Source: a virus (Duplodnaviria > Caudoviricetes). Taken from it: a stretch of 54,359 nt of DNA. Position numbers and translations under genes: made by a program. Within the stretch, counting starts at the first letter, position 1. Each line of letters starts with the position of its first letter. The stretch is taken from positions 1 through 54,359 of the IMG/VR virus record IMGVR_UViG_3300037761_000240; one strand, 5' to 3'. Positions 27,974-37,065 of this stretch are shown one piece after another. The notes under the pieces were generated by a model that saw nothing but the letters and a program-made list of their open reading frames with translations, did not search any database and was not told the DNA's origin.

Positions 27974-28046
27974 TCCGTTGTAGCTCAGTGGTAGAGCGCC
28001 CGGCTCTGGTTCCGGGTGGACGCCGGTTCGAGCCCGGTCAGCGGAA
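27974..28046 (+). tRNA. tRNA-like RNA with 8-nt anticodon loop (CUCUGGUU)
   Basis: acceptor TCCGTTG/CAGCGGA, D-arm GCTC-AGTGGTA-GAGC, anticodon stem CCCGG/CCGGG, T-arm GCCGG-TTCGAGC-CCGGT; no encoded CCA. Confidence 0.8.
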
Positions 28047-28052
28047 CAGGGT

Positions 28053-28126
28053 TCCGTTGTAGCTCAGCGGTAGAGCGCTCGGCTCTGTCTTCCGAGTGGA
28101 CGCCGGTTCGAGCCCGGTCAGCGGAA
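28053..28126 (+). tRNA. tRNA-like RNA with 9-nt anticodon loop (CUCUGUCUU)
   Basis: paralogue of the first; compensatory anticodon stem CTCGG/CCGAG; acceptor stem extendable by GGGT/ACCC. Confidence 0.8.
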
Positions 28127-28160
28127 CCCGTTCTACAACTTCACACGAAGGGAGACTGCC

Positions 28161-29549
28161 ATGCAGAGCGGCACTCTGGACACACTGTACGAATCGCTGG
28201 ACGGGCGGTATCGCCCGGAAGACGTCGCCGAGTTGATCCTCGAAGGATCGTCTGATCTGACCCCGCGCGAGAAGGTCGTGCTCGAACGAGCGTCCCGACA
28301 CTCTTACCGGCGCAGCTACTACGGATGGTCGTCCATGTCGGACGACTTCACCCGCCCCCCGGGGGCAGGACGACAGCTCGACGCACTGTCCCACTTGTTC
28401 GGTCACCGCCGGGAGAACCTGGTCGAAGCCGAGTCGGACCCGGCCAAGCTGAACCAGTTGGTCAGCTCCGCAGGCGCCACCATCGACCGGCTCCCCGAGC
28501 ACATGGACTTCAAGGCCGACCGACTGAACCGTACCGAACGGACGCTGCACGGGATTGAGATCTCCAAGCGTCAGTACAACCGACGGTTCCGGCTGCTCAC
28601 CCGGCTGGCCCGTAAGATCGGCACCCTGGACGTCGAGCTGCGCAAGCGTGAGCTGATGCTGGTCGGTCGCTCAGGCTTGGCCGCCGACATCACCCGCAAG
28701 CGGTTCGGCCAGGACATTTTCGCGGCCCGGTTCATCGCCTACTTCGTGGCCCGCAAGAACCTACGCCGGATGTTCTCCCTTCAGGGCAAGGAGAACCCGT
28801 ACGACGAGGTCGCCGAGGCGCTGTTCCGGCGTTGTCTGACCGAAGACGGCACCGACTGGTGGATGATCTCCCGCGTCTACCCGACGCCGGAGGTCATCGC
28901 CAAGCTGACTGACGCCGAACGTGGTGAGCTGATGGGCCGCTGGTCGGTACTGATGCGCCGCGCGGCCGACATCTTGGCTGCGGTCTGGGACCCCTCGGTA
29001 GACCGGAAAACCATGATCGTCAAGCGCGGGATGGACTCGTCCACCTGGAACACCGTCGCGCAGGCGTACAACACTGCCCGGGCCGGCTGGATCAACACCC
29101 TGTCGGCCTCCGGTGCGCTGGGGCTGCTGGACGTGGCCTGCCCGGGCAAGGTGATGCGGTTGATGGCCGCCGATCTGGCCTACTGGCACAAGTCTACCGG
29201 CTCAGACGTGGACCCGAACACCGGAGTCTGGGCCGAGCTGCCGCTGCCTTGGGACGTGCTGAACGGCACCGTCGAGAGCACTCGCCGGCAAGTCGCCGAA
29301 GCCTGTGTGCGCAGCGGGCTCGACCCGCGTAAGAGCGGCTGGACCGACTCCCGGGCGACCGGGGCGGTGGCGGTGTTCAAGCCAACACCGGAGCTGGTGC
29401 ACGGCGTGAGCGTGGTCGACCCGGTCTGGGCCGGACTGCTGCGCCGGGCCGGAGTGTTCTCCGGCAAGCACCTGACCCGCCACGCCGAGGGTGTGTCGAT
29501 TCCGGACGGAGTGGTCACCAGCGAGCTGCCGACGCGGACCAATGTCTGA
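28161..29549 (+). CDS. 462-aa protein of unknown function adjacent to the tRNA-like RNAs
   Basis: AAGGGAG RBS 34 nt after the second RNA; Arg-rich, predicted helical; no catalytic motif recognised. Confidence 0.85.
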   Translation: MQSGTLDTLYESLDGRYRPEDVAELILEGSSDLTPREKVVLERASRHSYRRSYYGWSSMSDDFTRPPGAGRQLDALSHLFGHRRENLVEAESDPAKLNQLVSSAGATIDRLPEHMDFKADRLNRTERTLHGIEISKRQYNRRFRLLTRLARKIGTLDVELRKRELMLVGRSGLAADITRKRFGQDIFAARFIAYFVARKNLRRMFSLQGKENPYDEVAEALFRRCLTEDGTDWWMISRVYPTPEVIAKLTDAERGELMGRWSVLMRRAADILAAVWDPSVDRKTMIVKRGMDSSTWNTVAQAYNTARAGWINTLSASGALGLLDVACPGKVMRLMAADLAYWHKSTGSDVDPNTGVWAELPLPWDVLNGTVESTRRQVAEACVRSGLDPRKSGWTDSRATGAVAVFKPTPELVHGVSVVDPVWAGLLRRAGVFSGKHLTRHAEGVSIPDGVVTSELPTRTNV

Positions 29550-29717
29550 CTCGGCCGTGCCCAATGTCACTTCCAGGTCTTGCTCGGGGGCTGTGATGGC
29601 CTCCGAGCAAGACCTGGAAGTGACCAGGCATCTTCGAGACCATCTGACCGACGGCCGCTGGCACGACGACTGCAAGTACTGCCTGCGGCGGCGTCTCCAC
29701 GGAGGGACTGGGCTGTG

Positions 29718-29984
29718 ATGGCCACCGACACCGAGGTCATGCTCGACATCACAGCGAAGTGCCAACGGCTGATGTCCCTGCTGGAGGACCCACATCCGGG
29801 ACTGTCCACCTGGCAGGAGTTCCGGACACATGCCGCCCGGGAGCTACGCGACGCACTGGCCGACGTTCTCGACGAGCCAGACCCCGAGCGGATCACACGC
29901 CGTGACCTGATCGAGGCCGCCAGGAACAGCTTCCAGAACGGCTGGGAGGCTGGTCGCAGGGCCGAGCGAGGGGAGACCTTGTGA
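29718..29984 (+). CDS. hypothetical protein
   Basis: GGAGGG RBS. Confidence 0.55.
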   Translation: MATDTEVMLDITAKCQRLMSLLEDPHPGLSTWQEFRTHAARELRDALADVLDEPDPERITRRDLIEAARNSFQNGWEAGRRAERGETL

Positions 29985-30184
29985 TGCTGCGACGGAGCCG
30001 GCCGATCAACGCCTGCACCTGCGGCTTCCGGTCGTGGCTGCTGTGGCGGTTCCGCATCCATACCGAGACCTGCCCGGTGTGGAACCGATGACCGCCGGCA
30101 AGCGTCGGTGGCGGCTGGCCCTGGCCGAAGACCCGTACCTGTGGTCAAGATTCCGGGTGCGAACCCCTCCGTGGAAGGTGCTGT

Positions 30185-30347
30185 GATGCCCGAGAACAAC
30201 GACGAAGCTGCCATCGAGGCCATGCGAGCGCAAGAGCAGGCCGCCCAGGCCGCCGAGGCCGCTGCCAACCAGGCCGAGCTGGACCGTCAGGCAGCGAAGC
30301 TGAGCCAGCGGGTCAAGCGTGAGCAGGGGAACGGGAAGAAGAAGTGA
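30185..30347 (+). CDS. small coiled-coil protein
   Basis: MPENNDEAAIEAM...KKK. Confidence 0.55.
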
Positions 30348-30553
30348 AGGACTGGCCCACCTTAGTCCTCCACCTGGTCGCCGTGTTCATGTGCGCCTGG
30401 AGCTTTGAGAGGGACTGGTTCTGGTTCATCCCCTACGGCTTCCTGGCATTGCTGTTCCTCGGGTTCTTCCTGGCCAACTACCTGGCTCGATCCATCGTCC
30501 TTCACATGGCAGCGGTATCAATCGAGCTGCGCAGGCGAGACAATGGTCGGTGA
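30344..30553 (+). CDS. small membrane protein
   Basis: two TM segments. Confidence 0.6.
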   Translation: MKDWPTLVLHLVAVFMCAWSFERDWFWFIPYGFLALLFLGFFLANYLARSIVLHMAAVSIELRRRDNGR

Positions 30554-31028
30554 CGTCTTCGGCGGCTTCACCGTGGCCGAGGCCAAAGAATGGCTGAAGG
30601 CGCGCCTCGATGTTGGGGCGAAATGTCCTGTTTGTCATCAGCGGGCCCAGATGTACCGGCGCACCATCAACTCCGGCATGGCACGGTCGCTGATCTCGAT
30701 GCACCTGCTCGCCCCGGACGGCGGCTGGGTCCGGATCACCACTCAGCTCGACGCCCGCTCGCGCGAGGAAGGCAAGCTGCGGTACTGGAACCTGGTCACC
30801 GAGCGGCCGTCGGATCGTGCCGACGGGGTCCGGTCCGGGTTCTGGCGAGTCACCGAGGCGGGACGTCGGTTCGTGCTCGGAATGAGAAAGGTGCCCAAGT
30901 ACGCCCACATCTACGACGACAGGTTCTTCAAGTTCAGCGGGCCGCCGATCACGATCTACGACGCGCTCGGCAAGAACTTCAGCTACGTCGAGCTGATGTC
31001 AGGTGGAACGGTCGAACATGGTCAGTGA
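30543..31028 (+). CDS. zinc-ribbon/winged-helix-like protein
   Basis: CPVC...KLRYWNLV...G.W.VTE.G..F. Confidence 0.65.
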   Translation: MVGDVFGGFTVAEAKEWLKARLDVGAKCPVCHQRAQMYRRTINSGMARSLISMHLLAPDGGWVRITTQLDARSREEGKLRYWNLVTERPSDRADGVRSGFWRVTEAGRRFVLGMRKVPKYAHIYDDRFFKFSGPPITIYDALGKNFSYVELMSGGTVEHGQ

Positions 31029-31233
31029 CGCCAGGGCGATGCGAGCCCGTGACCTGCACCGTTCGGCCGGCACGTCTCGGGCCCACCTGGAGCGGTACCG
31101 GGTCGAGCGCAACCAGATCATCCGAACACTGCGCGCCGAAGACCCAGACCTGTGGACCTACCAGGCGCTGGCGGCGGCGGTAGGTTGCTCGAAGGAACTG
31201 ATCGCCGCCATCGTGCAAGGGAGAACGACGTGA
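31018..31233 (+). CDS. HTH DNA-binding protein
   Basis: R..IIR.L......WTYQALAAAVGCS..LI. Confidence 0.65.
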   Translation: MVSDARAMRARDLHRSAGTSRAHLERYRVERNQIIRTLRAEDPDLWTYQALAAAVGCSKELIAAIVQGRTT

Positions 31234-31647
31234 GCTTCGAGACCATCCTGCTGATCCTCGGCGGTCTCGCCGTGGTGGTCGCGGTGGGAGCCTGGCTGGC
31301 CGGCAAGATCTGGCCGTCGCTGTTCCACGACGACCGCACCGAGGACGAGCCCGGCTGGCTCGGGAACGAGAGGCGATGAGGCGCCGACGCCGAGGTGTGA
31401 TCCCCGGACTACCACCGCACATGCAGGGACATGTCTACAACTATGGTCACCGGCACGGCAGCCTAGCTCGACCTGCCCGGTCGACTCGATCATTGTTCGT
31501 CGACCGGCTCCCGGACGGCCGCTGGGCTCAGTGGTGGGCCCGTGACTGGTACGTCGTCGACCAGCAGGTCTGGCAGCGGCAGGCACTTCCGTACGGAAAA
31601 GCTCCCCGCTGGACGAGGCTGGACCCTGCTACCGGAGTGGTAATGGT

Positions 31648-31947
31648 GTGAGAGGACCGTTCGAGCACCACCTCGACTGCCCCGCCTACGAGCGCGGCGA
31701 CCTGGGCGCCGACTGCACCTGCGGACAGACCGAGCGGACGAAGAGGTGGCTGGTCGAGCATCAGGCCGTCCCGGTCAGACTGCTCCGTACCGACGAGCTG
31801 CACGAAGAGTGGGGACTTCGCTACAAGAACTCTGACAACCGGGCCGTCTACATTGCTCGCGACGGCAAGGACGACGCGAGGGATGCCATGGCACCGGGCG
31901 ACGTGCTCGTGCGCCGCTACGTCACCGACTGGGAGGAAGCCGGCTGA
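31648..31947 (+). CDS. hypothetical protein
   Basis: coupled ORF. Confidence 0.5.
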   Translation: MRGPFEHHLDCPAYERGDLGADCTCGQTERTKRWLVEHQAVPVRLLRTDELHEEWGLRYKNSDNRAVYIARDGKDDARDAMAPGDVLVRRYVTDWEEAG

Positions 31948-32310
31948 TGGAACTGAAAGACATGATCATCATCAGCACCTGGGTCCTCATCCTCTGGTGG
32001 CCGGTGATTTCGATCAAGGACTCGCTGCGCGAGGTCGCGGCCGAGTCCCACCGCATTGCGAGCTTCCTGGAGAAGATCGCCCGCCACGCCGACGAGATGA
32101 GTCAGAAGTGACCGACACCGACCACGACATCGAGAGCCCGCCTGAAGGATGGCCGGACGAGCACATGCTGGAGGCGGCCTGGGGGATCATTGCCAACGCC
32201 TGGTGGGGCGACTGGTCCAAGGCGTCACCGGAGTGGCAGCGGGCAGCCACCCGGTGGCGCGATGCCTATCACCGACACCTCGACATCGACCTCGAACGAG
32301 ACAAAGCTCG

Positions 32311-32505
32311 ATGAGGGTTCGATTTCACCTGGCCACGAGGGTCAACGTCCCCGACGAAGATCGCGACCTGTCTGCCATCCCTCGCGAGGGTGACGAGGTG
32401 ATCTTCGGCGAAGAAGATGCCGGAACCGACAGAGGTTTCACTGTCAGGACTGTCCGCTGGTACCTCGACGAGCCAGACTTCGACGTCTACATCGTCCTAC
32501 GATGA
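32311..32505 (+). CDS. hypothetical protein
   Basis: ATGA coupling; IPREGDEV. Confidence 0.5.
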   Translation: MRVRFHLATRVNVPDEDRDLSAIPREGDEVIFGEEDAGTDRGFTVRTVRWYLDEPDFDVYIVLR

Positions 32506-32650
32506 AGATCACGGCGAGTTCGAACGCCACCGGGACGACCAACGCGATCTGTCCGGACCTGCTGTCGATCCGTGACATCGGTGCGGCCGACGGCTGGCGG
32601 GGACACCTGGTCCGGGGCTTCTTTCGGGTGCTGAAGGTGGTGACGGGGCT

Positions 32651-33055
32651 GTGAGCGAGATCGACGACCTGCCGCTGACCGAGTACCTGCTCCTCGACGT
32701 GCTGGCGGCACGGTTCCGGACCGGGGACCAGATGTGGACTTTCCCACGTCGAGCCCGGCACTATCTGCGGCGGCTGGACGAGCGCGGCCTGGTCGAGCTG
32801 AAGGCCGGCGTGGTCGAGAACACCGTGCAGGCGAGGCTGACCGAGTCCGGACGCGAGGCCGTCCTGCTGCACGGGTACCGCTCGGCCTTCGACCAGGCGC
32901 TCGACGAGACGGACGGGCTGCTACACGAGTGGATGGACTGGTGGTCGGAGGACTGCTCGGCCCCGGTCAAGATGCCAAACGCGCTGCATGTGCGGACCGC
33001 GATGTACCTTCGGGTCAGGAAGCTGACTCGGGAGTCGACGGAGGAGAGATCGTGA
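32651..33055 (+). CDS. winged-helix-like protein
   Basis: LRRLDERGLV......ARLTESG. Confidence 0.6.
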   Translation: MSEIDDLPLTEYLLLDVLAARFRTGDQMWTFPRRARHYLRRLDERGLVELKAGVVENTVQARLTESGREAVLLHGYRSAFDQALDETDGLLHEWMDWWSEDCSAPVKMPNALHVRTAMYLRVRKLTRESTEERS

Positions 33056-33347
33056 GAGAGGACGAACTGGATAGCGCCATCGACGAGCTGCTCGATCGGT
33101 GGTCCCGATGAAGAAGATCAAGAAGATGTCGGCTCGCAATCCCGACGCCACCGCCGTTGTGCCGATGGGCTCGACCGTGCGCGAGCAGGTCTACCTGCGG
33201 CAGACCGGAGCGAGTGTGCTCACACCGGCACAGCGTCGTCGGTGGCGGCACAAGAACCGACGGGCGCTGAGAGTCGGATGAATCTTGTCCTCGATCGATC
33301 TGGCGGTGTAACGTTCGGCTTCTGACCCCAGACGATAGGGAACGTTA

Positions 33348-33569
33348 GTGATAGACACCGACACACCTGACGCGGGTCAGCTCCTGGACGACGAGTTCTT
33401 CACGGTCTACGGGCTGGCCCGGTACCTCGGTGTCTCCCCGCACACGATCTACGAGTGGAACGCTGTGGGCTCCGGACCGGCGTACTACCGTATTGGTCGA
33501 TATGTCCGTTACAAGAAGTCGGACGTCGAAGCCTGGCTCGAAGACCGCCGACAGCCGGCAGTGTCATGA
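33348..33569 (+). CDS. AlpA/excisionase-like HTH protein
   Basis: LARYLGVS.HTIYEW...GSGP.Y.RIGR.VRY.KSDVEAWL. Confidence 0.85.
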   Translation: MIDTDTPDAGQLLDDEFFTVYGLARYLGVSPHTIYEWNAVGSGPAYYRIGRYVRYKKSDVEAWLEDRRQPAVS

Positions 33570-33954
33570 GCACACAGACGAGACGGCCACAGTGGACCAA
33601 GGTCGAACTCTGGCACTTCGCCGAGGCGATGCTGCTGGCCGGCCTGTTCTGCCTGGTGCTCAGCTTCTGGGAGCCCGGACTGTTCCGCCTGTTCGCAATC
33701 GTCGAAGGTGTCGTCGTCATCGCTCTGCTGCGGGGGTACAACCGGTGACGATCTTCTACCTGGCCACCTGTCAGGACTGCGAGCCGGTCCTGCCGATGCC
33801 GTTCTACGACGAAGAAGAGCGGTACACCTGGTCACGAAGGCATCGAGAAGCCACCAACCACGTGGTCGTGCACGAGGAGGAGATCCGCTAGGCCCACCGC
33901 AACAGAAGGCGAGAACACCATGAGAACCAACGACAGCCCGGCAGGGGTGACGTG

Positions 33955-34221
33955 ATGGCCGGGTCGGGACGAAAGCTGCGCGAGGCGGAGATGCTCTCGC
34001 ACCACACGTGCAAGAGCTGCCAGCCACCCAAGCAGGTCTACACCAGTCGCAAGGCGGCCAGGCTGGCGGCCAAGAGGCAGCCCGGCAGGGGACGCATGCC
34101 GGCGTACCTGTGCCCGGGTGGGGAGGGTTGGCACCTGGGACACCTGCCGGCCGCCGTCCGGGCAGGCAACGTCGGACGAGACATCTACGACCGCCTCTAC
34201 CGAGAAGAGGAAGCCTCGTGA
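33955..34221 (+). CDS. small zinc-binding protein
   Basis: K..Y.SRK.A......Y.CP...GWHL. Confidence 0.6.
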   Translation: MAGSGRKLREAEMLSHHTCKSCQPPKQVYTSRKAARLAAKRQPGRGRMPAYLCPGGEGWHLGHLPAAVRAGNVGRDIYDRLYREEEAS

Positions 34222-34601
34222 AGACCGCACTGGCGGCACCGGAGGATCCACGTCGGGTCGAGGTGCTGGCTCGAATCGCCGCCGTGCTGCGCGCGGCCGG
34301 CAGCCTGCGGCGGCGGTAGACGTGATCGCTCTGTTCGCAGGGGTCGCGTACGTGCTGGCCCTGTTCGCCGCGTGCGTGCTGCTCGGGCAGTCGGCGGTCA
34401 CGACCGTGCTGGTGGTCCTGATCGCGATCGTCGGCACCTGGCTGCGGAGCCGTCGATGAAACGCTGGCTGAGGTGCTGGCTCAGGTTCCTGTTCGGACGG
34501 TGCCCGGTGTGTGAGCTTCGGTGGTGCCCGGTGTACGGCGCCTATGGAAACCAGCCTCCCGTCTCGCCGGCTGTGTTCGTGATGCACCGAGGAGCGCAGT
34601 G

Positions 34602-36437
34602 GTGATCCCGGGACTGCTGCTCGCTCTCGACCTGGAGACCGCCGACGAGTCGGAGATGTTCGCTCGTGAGGACTTCATCCGAGTAGCAGGCTACTCGACC
34701 GGGGTCGGGGTGCGGCAGACCACCGACATGGCCGAGGTGTCGGCCGCCATCGACGCCGCGCAGACCGTCACCGGGCACAACCTGCTCGGCTTCGACCTGA
34801 TCGCGCTGGCGCGCCACGAGGGGCTGGACTTCTGGCCGCTGCTGAACCGGGATGCGGTCCTGGACACCAAGCTGCTGGCCTTCCTGGCCGACCCGCCGGC
34901 AGCCAAGATGAACGCCGGCTGGATCGAGAAGTACTACTCGCTGGACTCCGTCGGCGACCGGCTGGTGGGACAAACCAAGCACGGTGACCTGAAGAAGCTG
35001 GCCAAGAGACACGGCGGCTTCGACGCGATCCCGGTCGACGACCCGGAGTTCATGACCTACCTGGACCAGGACGTGAACTTGAACAGGGCGGTGCTGGCGG
35101 CGCTGGAAGAAAGTGAGGCGGTCACACCGTACGCAATGCGCGAGCACAAGGTGGCCGGCCTGGCGGCGCAGATCACCCTGAACGGGTTCAGAGTCGACCC
35201 GGCGCTGTTGGACGAACGGGTGGCCGGTGTGGTCGCCCGTCGAGCAGAGCTGATCGAGAGGCTGGTGAGCGAGTATGGGCTGCCGATGCTCCGCAAGGAC
35301 GGCAAGACGTCGGCCGCGCCGCAGAACACCCAGGCCGGCCGACTAGCGATCAAGGCCGCGTTCGAGGCGGTCGGTGCTCCGTACATGCCCAAGACACCGG
35401 GCGGTGCCTGGGCCACCGGGGCCGAGTCGATGCGGCAGATGATCGCCTACTACAACCACCTGCCCGAGGTCATCGAGCTGGCCGAGGTGGTGGCCGCGCT
35501 GAACGGTCAGCGCACCGTGTACGAGACCGCCAGGGACAACATGACGCCCGACGGTGACGGGTTCCGGGTGCATCCGAGGGTGGCACTGCGGCAGGCGTCC
35601 GGGCGGTGGAGCCTGACCAGGCCGGGACTGACCGTGATGGGCAAGAGAGGGGGCCGGCACGTCGAAAGAGAGATCTTCGTCCCGGATCCAGGGCAGACCA
35701 TCCTGTGCATCGACCTGGCCCAGATCGACGCACGAGCGGTGGCGGTCCTGAGCCAGGACGAGAACTACATGGCGATGTTCGACGAGGGCATGGACCTGCA
35801 CTCCGAGGTAGCACTGCGGGTCTTCGGTGACCGAGGCATGCGCGAGCCGGCCAAGGTGGCAGGACACGGCTGGAACTACGGGCTGGGCGTCGAGGGTCTG
35901 ATCCGACAGTTCGGGATCGAGCGCGAGGTCGCGGTGGCCTTCCACAAGAGCATGCGCGAGCAGTTCCCACGCCTGGTCGAGTGGAAGGAGCAGATGGCCG
36001 AGATCGCACGGTCCGGGGAGCTGCTCGACAACGGGTTCGGCCGGATGATGCGACCGGACGTGGCCCGGGCCTACACCCAGGGCCCGGCGTTGATGGGCCA
36101 GGGCTGCGCTCGCGATCTGTTCATGAAAGGCATGCTTTGCCTGCCTCCGGAAGTTCTGCCCATGCTTCGGGGGCTTGTTCACGATGAGGTCGTTTTGTCC
36201 GTTTCGGATGACATCGTCGAGGATGTCCAGAAGGTCGTGGTCGACGCGCTGTCGTTCGACTGGTGCCCGCCGAGCCTGCCCACGGGTCGTCCGATTCGCG
36301 TAGTGGCAGACGTGACCGGATCCTCTAGGGTCAGTTGGGGCGCCGTCTACGCCAAGGACAAACCAGAACAACCTGCGACATCCACCGACATTCCCGCCAG
36401 TATCGACGAGGAGATCGACTATGCCGACGACTGGTGA
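34602..36437 (+). CDS. polA: DNA polymerase family A (3'-5' exonuclease + polymerase)
   Basis: ExoI DLET, ExoII HNLLGFD, SGRWS, motif A DLAQIDAR, motif B REPAKVAGHGWNYG, motif C VHDE. Confidence 0.95.
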   Translation: MIPGLLLALDLETADESEMFAREDFIRVAGYSTGVGVRQTTDMAEVSAAIDAAQTVTGHNLLGFDLIALARHEGLDFWPLLNRDAVLDTKLLAFLADPPAAKMNAGWIEKYYSLDSVGDRLVGQTKHGDLKKLAKRHGGFDAIPVDDPEFMTYLDQDVNLNRAVLAALEESEAVTPYAMREHKVAGLAAQITLNGFRVDPALLDERVAGVVARRAELIERLVSEYGLPMLRKDGKTSAAPQNTQAGRLAIKAAFEAVGAPYMPKTPGGAWATGAESMRQMIAYYNHLPEVIELAEVVAALNGQRTVYETARDNMTPDGDGFRVHPRVALRQASGRWSLTRPGLTVMGKRGGRHVEREIFVPDPGQTILCIDLAQIDARAVAVLSQDENYMAMFDEGMDLHSEVALRVFGDRGMREPAKVAGHGWNYGLGVEGLIRQFGIEREVAVAFHKSMREQFPRLVEWKEQMAEIARSGELLDNGFGRMMRPDVARAYTQGPALMGQGCARDLFMKGMLCLPPEVLPMLRGLVHDEVVLSVSDDIVEDVQKVVVDALSFDWCPPSLPTGRPIRVVADVTGSSRVSWGAVYAKDKPEQPATSTDIPASIDEEIDYADDW

Positions 36438-37065
36438 GCGCAACGCCATCGAGACTCGATACGCCGGCTGTCGGTTCCGGTCCCGTCTAGAGGCCCGGTG
36501 GGCGGTGTTCTTCGACAAGCTGGGCATCGGCTGGGAGTACGAGCCGCAGGGCTACCGGGTCGGCGGGACACCGTACCTGCCGGACTTCTGGTTGCCGAAG
36601 ATGCGGCAGTGGGTCGAGGTCAAGGGCTCGACGCTGAACCTGCGCGAGCGGGTCGTCATGGCCAAAGCAGTGTTTCCCGGCGGCGGTCTGCCGTACAACC
36701 TCAACGGTGTCTTGCTCCTCGGTTCCATACCCGACGTCCGGGTGTCAGGGGTCAAGGTGGCACATCCTCGATTCTTCTTCCACGAAGGCGACCTGTACCG
36801 GAACCCGTTCTACTTCTCGGAGGACACCATCGACGACCCGCCGGAGTGGAGGGTCGCACGAGCGATCATCGGGCGCACCGATCAACATCTGGCTGATCTG
36901 TTGTGGGTGAGCGAAGCGTCCTCGGCCTGGAGTCCGACCGCCTACATCAACGATCCGCACGTGACCGGCTTCACCAGGCGTAAGAGCACGCCGGCCGAAA
37001 GACGGGTCGCCAAGGCGTACGTCGCCGCACGTTCGGCACGCTTCGAGCACGGGGAGCGCGGATGA
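36421..37065 (+). CDS. PD-(D/E)xK endonuclease-like protein
   Basis: FRSRLEARWA.FFD....WEYEP...YLPDF....VEVKG. Confidence 0.8.
   Translation: MPTTGERNAIETRYAGCRFRSRLEARWAVFFDKLGIGWEYEPQGYRVGGTPYLPDFWLPKMRQWVEVKGSTLNLRERVVMAKAVFPGGGLPYNLNGVLLLGSIPDVRVSGVKVAHPRFFFHEGDLYRNPFYFSEDTIDDPPEWRVARAIIGRTDQHLADLLWVSEASSAWSPTAYINDPHVTGFTRRKSTPAERRVAKAYVAARSARFEHGERG

Noticed and set aside
27974-28126. Canonical tRNA-Gln(CUG) call
   Set aside because: Loops are 8 and 9 nt and the second has no purine after CUG, so no reliable anticodon can be assigned.
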